The notes below the pieces were generated by a model that had not been told where the DNA came from, did not search any database, and saw only the letters and a program-made list of their open reading frames with translations. Below, in pieces: positions 57,217 to 61,010 of a stretch of 61,010 nucleotides of DNA. This DNA comes from a virus (lineage: Duplodnaviria; Caudoviricetes): the IMG/VR virus record IMGVR_UViG_3300025725_000026, positions 1-61,010 of that record. One strand, written 5' to 3'. The position numbers and the translations under genes were made by a program. The number at the start of each line of letters is the position of its first letter. The first letter of the stretch is position 1.

Positions 57217-58133
57217 AGGTACTTGTGACGGGCGCTGCCGGATTTGTCGGAAGCCACGTAGTCGATCTGCTCTTGAAGGAGGGCCACGAGGTCTTATGCC
57301 TGGATGATCTCTCGTCTGGTCGGCGTGATAATTTACCCGCCAAGGTCAATTTCTGCGAGATAAACGTCGGCAATTGGTACGATCTGGTGGCTGAGTTTGT
57401 GGATTTCGAACCAGATACAGTCATTCACCTGGCTGCCCAGCCGTCCATCTGTGACTCGATCGACAACCCGATCCGGGACGGCTACGTGAACGTCATGGGA
57501 ACTTTGAACGTCTTGCGGGCGTCTCAAAAGATTGGCGTGAAGCGATTGGTATTTTCCTCCACATCGGCAGTCTATTGGAACCACCCGTCCGACCTTCCCC
57601 TCACCGAAGAATGGCCACGTATCCCAGAAAATCCATACGGCATTTCTAAGCTGGCAGCCGAGTCTTATGTGCGCAATTTGATGCCGGGCGATGCCAGCGT
57701 GGTATTGCGTTTCGGCAATGTCTACGGACCGCGCCAGATTCCTTTGGGTCAGAACCAGGTCATCCCACGTATGATCCGCCACTTCGAGAAGGGCGACGAG
57801 TTCTTCATTCACGGTGACGGAGAACAACTAAGAGATTTCATTTACGTTGACGATGTTGCCCAGGCGTGCGTAGCCGGCATTAATTATATGGATAACAACG
57901 GTGGTGTTTTCAATATCGCCACCGGTTTTGGTCGCTCGGTGAACGTCATCGGAGTCCATCTGAACAATATTTATGAAACCGATTATCAATGGCCGCACGA
58001 CGAGAAAGACGATCCTCGCAAGAAAGTTGTACTGAGTATTACTGCTGCCGCAGAATTTCTGCAATGGATGCCAATAGTTGGAATGAAGGAAGGTCTCGAA
58101 AAGACAGTCGAATGGTGGAAGGCACAGAAATGA
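57213..58133 (+). CDS. NAD-dependent epimerase/dehydratase (GalE-like)
   Basis: TGAAGFVG, HLAAQ, YGISK, RFGNVYGPRQ, RDFIYVDD. Confidence 0.9.
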   Translation: MKVLVTGAAGFVGSHVVDLLLKEGHEVLCLDDLSSGRRDNLPAKVNFCEINVGNWYDLVAEFVDFEPDTVIHLAAQPSICDSIDNPIRDGYVNVMGTLNVLRASQKIGVKRLVFSSTSAVYWNHPSDLPLTEEWPRIPENPYGISKLAAESYVRNLMPGDASVVLRFGNVYGPRQIPLGQNQVIPRMIRHFEKGDEFFIHGDGEQLRDFIYVDDVAQACVAGINYMDNNGGVFNIATGFGRSVNVIGVHLNNIYETDYQWPHDEKDDPRKKVVLSITAAAEFLQWMPIVGMKEGLEKTVEWWKAQK

Positions 58134-60949
58134 CCATCAAGGTGTTCATCTCCCCAAATTACAAAAACTCCCCAGACCACGCAGATAATGGTGGAATCAG
58201 GAGAGTTGTAGAGGCTGAAAACAAACATCTCGCCAAATTCGGCGTGGAGTCTGTCGCCAGGATTGAGGACGCAGATATCATCCAGAACCACGGTGGCATG
58301 CAGACTTGGATGAAGGGTATACCGATAGTCAACACCAGCCACGGCATGATGTGGTCCCGTCAGCCTTGGGGCGAAGGAATGCAGGAAGTAAATGGTGAGC
58401 TCGTCAAGGCAATGTCGATGGCTGTCGCGCACACAGCGCCCTCTGAATGGGTGGCAAATGCCATAAGACGCGGCGGACTGTTCTACCCAGAAGTGATCTA
58501 CCACGGGGTGGATGCGGAAGATTTCACTCCTTTGAAAGAGAACGCCGGCTATGTGCTCTGGGCGAAAGCGCGTGCGGACTACGTGAGTGATCCAAACGAC
58601 ATGCAGAAAGTGGCAGAACTCCTTCCCAACGTCCAATTTCTTACCACCATCGGACGCGAGACAAAGAATGTAAAAGTAATCGGAACGATGTCTTACGAGA
58701 AGATGAAGTCCGTCATCGCCAACGCCGGCGCCTACTTGGGAACCGCCCGGGAGACTTTCGGGATCCAAACCCTCGAAGCTATGGCAAGTGGGGTGCCTGT
58801 CTGTGGCTGGGGTTGGGGAGGGTCTTCAGAAATTATTACACAAGGCGAAACCGGTTATCTCGCCATGCCAGGTAATTATGCAGAACTCGCTTGGGCGATC
58901 CAGAAAACATTGGACGAACGCCAGCGCCTCTCTATCAATGCTGCCGACGATGCTCGCTTCCGTTGGAAGTGGGAACCGAGGATAAAACAGTATGCCGATC
59001 TCTTCCAGGATGTCTACGATGAGTTCTATGTAGTGACTCGCCCAAAAGTGAGCGTTTTGATAACGGCGTACAATCTCGACAAGTACCTGCCGGCCTGTCT
59101 TGATTCAGTGGTCGGCCAGTCATTAACAGATTTCGAGTGTTTGGTAATAGACGATGCGCAATCATCGACTACCAAGGCAATTGTGAAAACCTATACGAAG
59201 TATGACAAGCGCTTCAAATATATTGCGACACCAGAGAACTTGGGGTTGCCGGGCGCAAGGAACTTCGGCTTCTCGAAATCACACGGCAGGTACATTCGCC
59301 ACCTAGACGCCGACGACTGGCTGGCTCAGAACGCTCTGGCGTTAGAGGCGGAGGGGTTGGATAATGACCCACTCATCCACATCGCTTACGGTCATCTCTG
59401 CATGGTCGAAGAGAATGGGACTGTGCAGCAGGTGCAGGGTTCTCCAAAGCGCGCCGATTGGCCGCCACTCAATTACTCCTGGATCGAGCAGATGGCACAT
59501 CTCAACCAGATCCCATCTTGTGTCATGATGCGCCGGGAAGTCTTGCAACGTTCTGGTGGCTACAGGGTCAGAAACACGCGCCAAGAGGACGCCGAATTCT
59601 GGTGCCGAGTTACATCGCTTGGTTTCAGGGCGAAGAAAGTCACAGAAGCCATCACCTACTATCATCGCCAGCGTACTGGTAGCAAGGGGCAGGTCGAGTG
59701 GGACACGCTTGGTAAAGAACCCGATTGGACCGCTTGGTTCCCATGGAGTCTAGGTGCTGTGGATTACAGGAAGGGCGTAGAGGCGCTACGCAAATTCTCT
59801 GGCATGCACCCCAACGCAGCGATCGTTCCATTCGGAGCTCAAGGTACGTCTCCTGAAGGCAAGTTCTGGTACGTCCACGACTTTGCCTATCCCGTGGTCA
59901 GCGTGATCATCACGTGCGGACCCGGGCACGATGCGTGGCTTATCGATGCCCTTGATTCTGTGCAAGCCCAGACCTACCCGGACTGGGAATGCCTTGTGGT
60001 GAACGATACTGGCAAGGACTGGCCGAAGTACATACCGGGCGCTCCATGGGCTAAGGTTATCAACATGGAGGGCAATCAGGGCACCGCTGCCGCCAGGAAT
60101 GTCGGTTTCTCGCACGCCCGCGGGGTGTGCATCGTCTGGATGGATGCCGATGATTACTGGCTGCCATGGTTCCTCGAGCGCACGGTTGCATACGCCGAGA
60201 AGAATAAGAATTGCATCATCTACTCAGACTTGATCCAGGACGACGGGAAGGTAAAGAAAGTTTATACCTACAAAGATCCTACTTACGAGGAAGTTCCTTT
60301 CCACATGAGTTACCCGGGATCTTCTATCCTTGTCCCGCGAGAAGTAGCTTTTGCGGTGAAAGACCTGCAGGGCGGTTTCGATATTGAAATACCCGGCATG
60401 GAAGACTGGGATTACCAGATTGCCGTGCATTCACTCGGTTACTGTGCTTACAATATCCCCGAACCTCTCTTTGTTTACCGTTTACAAACGTCGACAAAAA
60501 GAGAGAAGGACTATGCTAGAATTGATGATATCAAGGCTTATCTTGATAAAAAATGGGCAAAGTACAGGAAAGAAGGTGTAAAAATGGGCTGTGGTTGTGG
60601 TGGACCTAAAAAACCAACGGGGAAACCGGTTAGCCAGATGTCGTCATCGGGCAATTTCTCTGCGGTCGCCCCTATCCCGGATGGCGCCGATCCCACCCAG
60701 ATGGTCCTACTGGAATACATGGGTCCGATCGCCGAGACATTCTCTCTGCGCTCCCGCGTAGATCCTGGCGTCAACTATCGATTTGGTAACAACGGTGTTC
60801 ACAAGGAAAAGACCGTGTTCCTGCAGGATGCCTACGAGTTCATTGGTCTTCTGGACGGCGAAAGCAAGCCCATGTATCGCATCAAGGGTGTAGCCGGCGC
60901 CGGCTCCCCCCATGATCCTTCCGTCATTGTAGGAGCGATAGCTGCGTGA
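58130..60949 (+). CDS. Multidomain glycosyltransferase GT4 + GT2 + GT2 with C-terminal extension
   Basis: ETFGIQTLEAMASGVPV (GT4); VSVLITAYN..LDADD and VSVIIT..MDADD (two GT2). Confidence 0.9.
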   Translation: MTIKVFISPNYKNSPDHADNGGIRRVVEAENKHLAKFGVESVARIEDADIIQNHGGMQTWMKGIPIVNTSHGMMWSRQPWGEGMQEVNGELVKAMSMAVAHTAPSEWVANAIRRGGLFYPEVIYHGVDAEDFTPLKENAGYVLWAKARADYVSDPNDMQKVAELLPNVQFLTTIGRETKNVKVIGTMSYEKMKSVIANAGAYLGTARETFGIQTLEAMASGVPVCGWGWGGSSEIITQGETGYLAMPGNYAELAWAIQKTLDERQRLSINAADDARFRWKWEPRIKQYADLFQDVYDEFYVVTRPKVSVLITAYNLDKYLPACLDSVVGQSLTDFECLVIDDAQSSTTKAIVKTYTKYDKRFKYIATPENLGLPGARNFGFSKSHGRYIRHLDADDWLAQNALALEAEGLDNDPLIHIAYGHLCMVEENGTVQQVQGSPKRADWPPLNYSWIEQMAHLNQIPSCVMMRREVLQRSGGYRVRNTRQEDAEFWCRVTSLGFRAKKVTEAITYYHRQRTGSKGQVEWDTLGKEPDWTAWFPWSLGAVDYRKGVEALRKFSGMHPNAAIVPFGAQGTSPEGKFWYVHDFAYPVVSVIITCGPGHDAWLIDALDSVQAQTYPDWECLVVNDTGKDWPKYIPGAPWAKVINMEGNQGTAAARNVGFSHARGVCIVWMDADDYWLPWFLERTVAYAEKNKNCIIYSDLIQDDGKVKKVYTYKDPTYEEVPFHMSYPGSSILVPREVAFAVKDLQGGFDIEIPGMEDWDYQIAVHSLGYCAYNIPEPLFVYRLQTSTKREKDYARIDDIKAYLDKKWAKYRKEGVKMGCGCGGPKKPTGKPVSQMSSSGNFSAVAPIPDGADPTQMVLLEYMGPIAETFSLRSRVDPGVNYRFGNNGVHKEKTVFLQDAYEFIGLLDGESKPMYRIKGVAGAGSPHDPSVIVGAIAA

Positions 60950-61010
60950 CTTACCTAATTCTTGCCCTCGCTACATGGCGAATTTCAGCACTGCTTACAA
61001 AAGAAGCAGG
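60912..61010. repeat. Terminal overlap (copy 2)
   Basis: Identical to 1-99. Confidence 0.95.

Noticed and set aside
60912-61010. 99-bp repeat as a biological terminal repeat
   Set aside because: It falls inside coding sequence and its length matches a common assembler k-mer; best read as circularisation overlap

Overview
The window looks like one complete, circularly permuted genome (about 60,911 bp; bases 1-99 recur at 60912-61010) of a tailed, probably temperate, siphovirus-like phage. Modules in order: an inverted sugar-modification cassette (279-4162); neck, tail, tape measure and baseplate genes plus a holin-like gene (4.2-17.3 kb); leftward replication genes (primase, DnaB, initiator, RDF/Gp3-like, Cro-like); nucleases, a phosphoesterase and a tyrosine integrase; a leftward early region of small genes; an AT-rich divergence point followed by a tRNA-like RNA and a second structured RNA; a DNA methylase, GH25 endolysin and GmhA; terminase (LAGLIDADG intein), portal, protease/scaffold and capsid; and a large nucleotide-sugar/glycosyltransferase island that runs across the join. 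The most striking feature is a 268-aa intein in a PLP-dependent sugar enzyme. Its central region carries a complete HNH endonuclease gene in a different reading frame of the same strand, with its own sigma70-type promoter and leaderless ATG. Other highlights: free-standing endonucleases that appear to insert at gene 5' ends and rebuild the promoter/RBS/start, many leaderless promoters, a heptose pathway with a receiver-like domain where GmhB would be expected, an ATA start for the tape measure gene, and a candidate +1 tail-chaperone frameshift. All family calls come from motif recognition by eye; no database searches were run.
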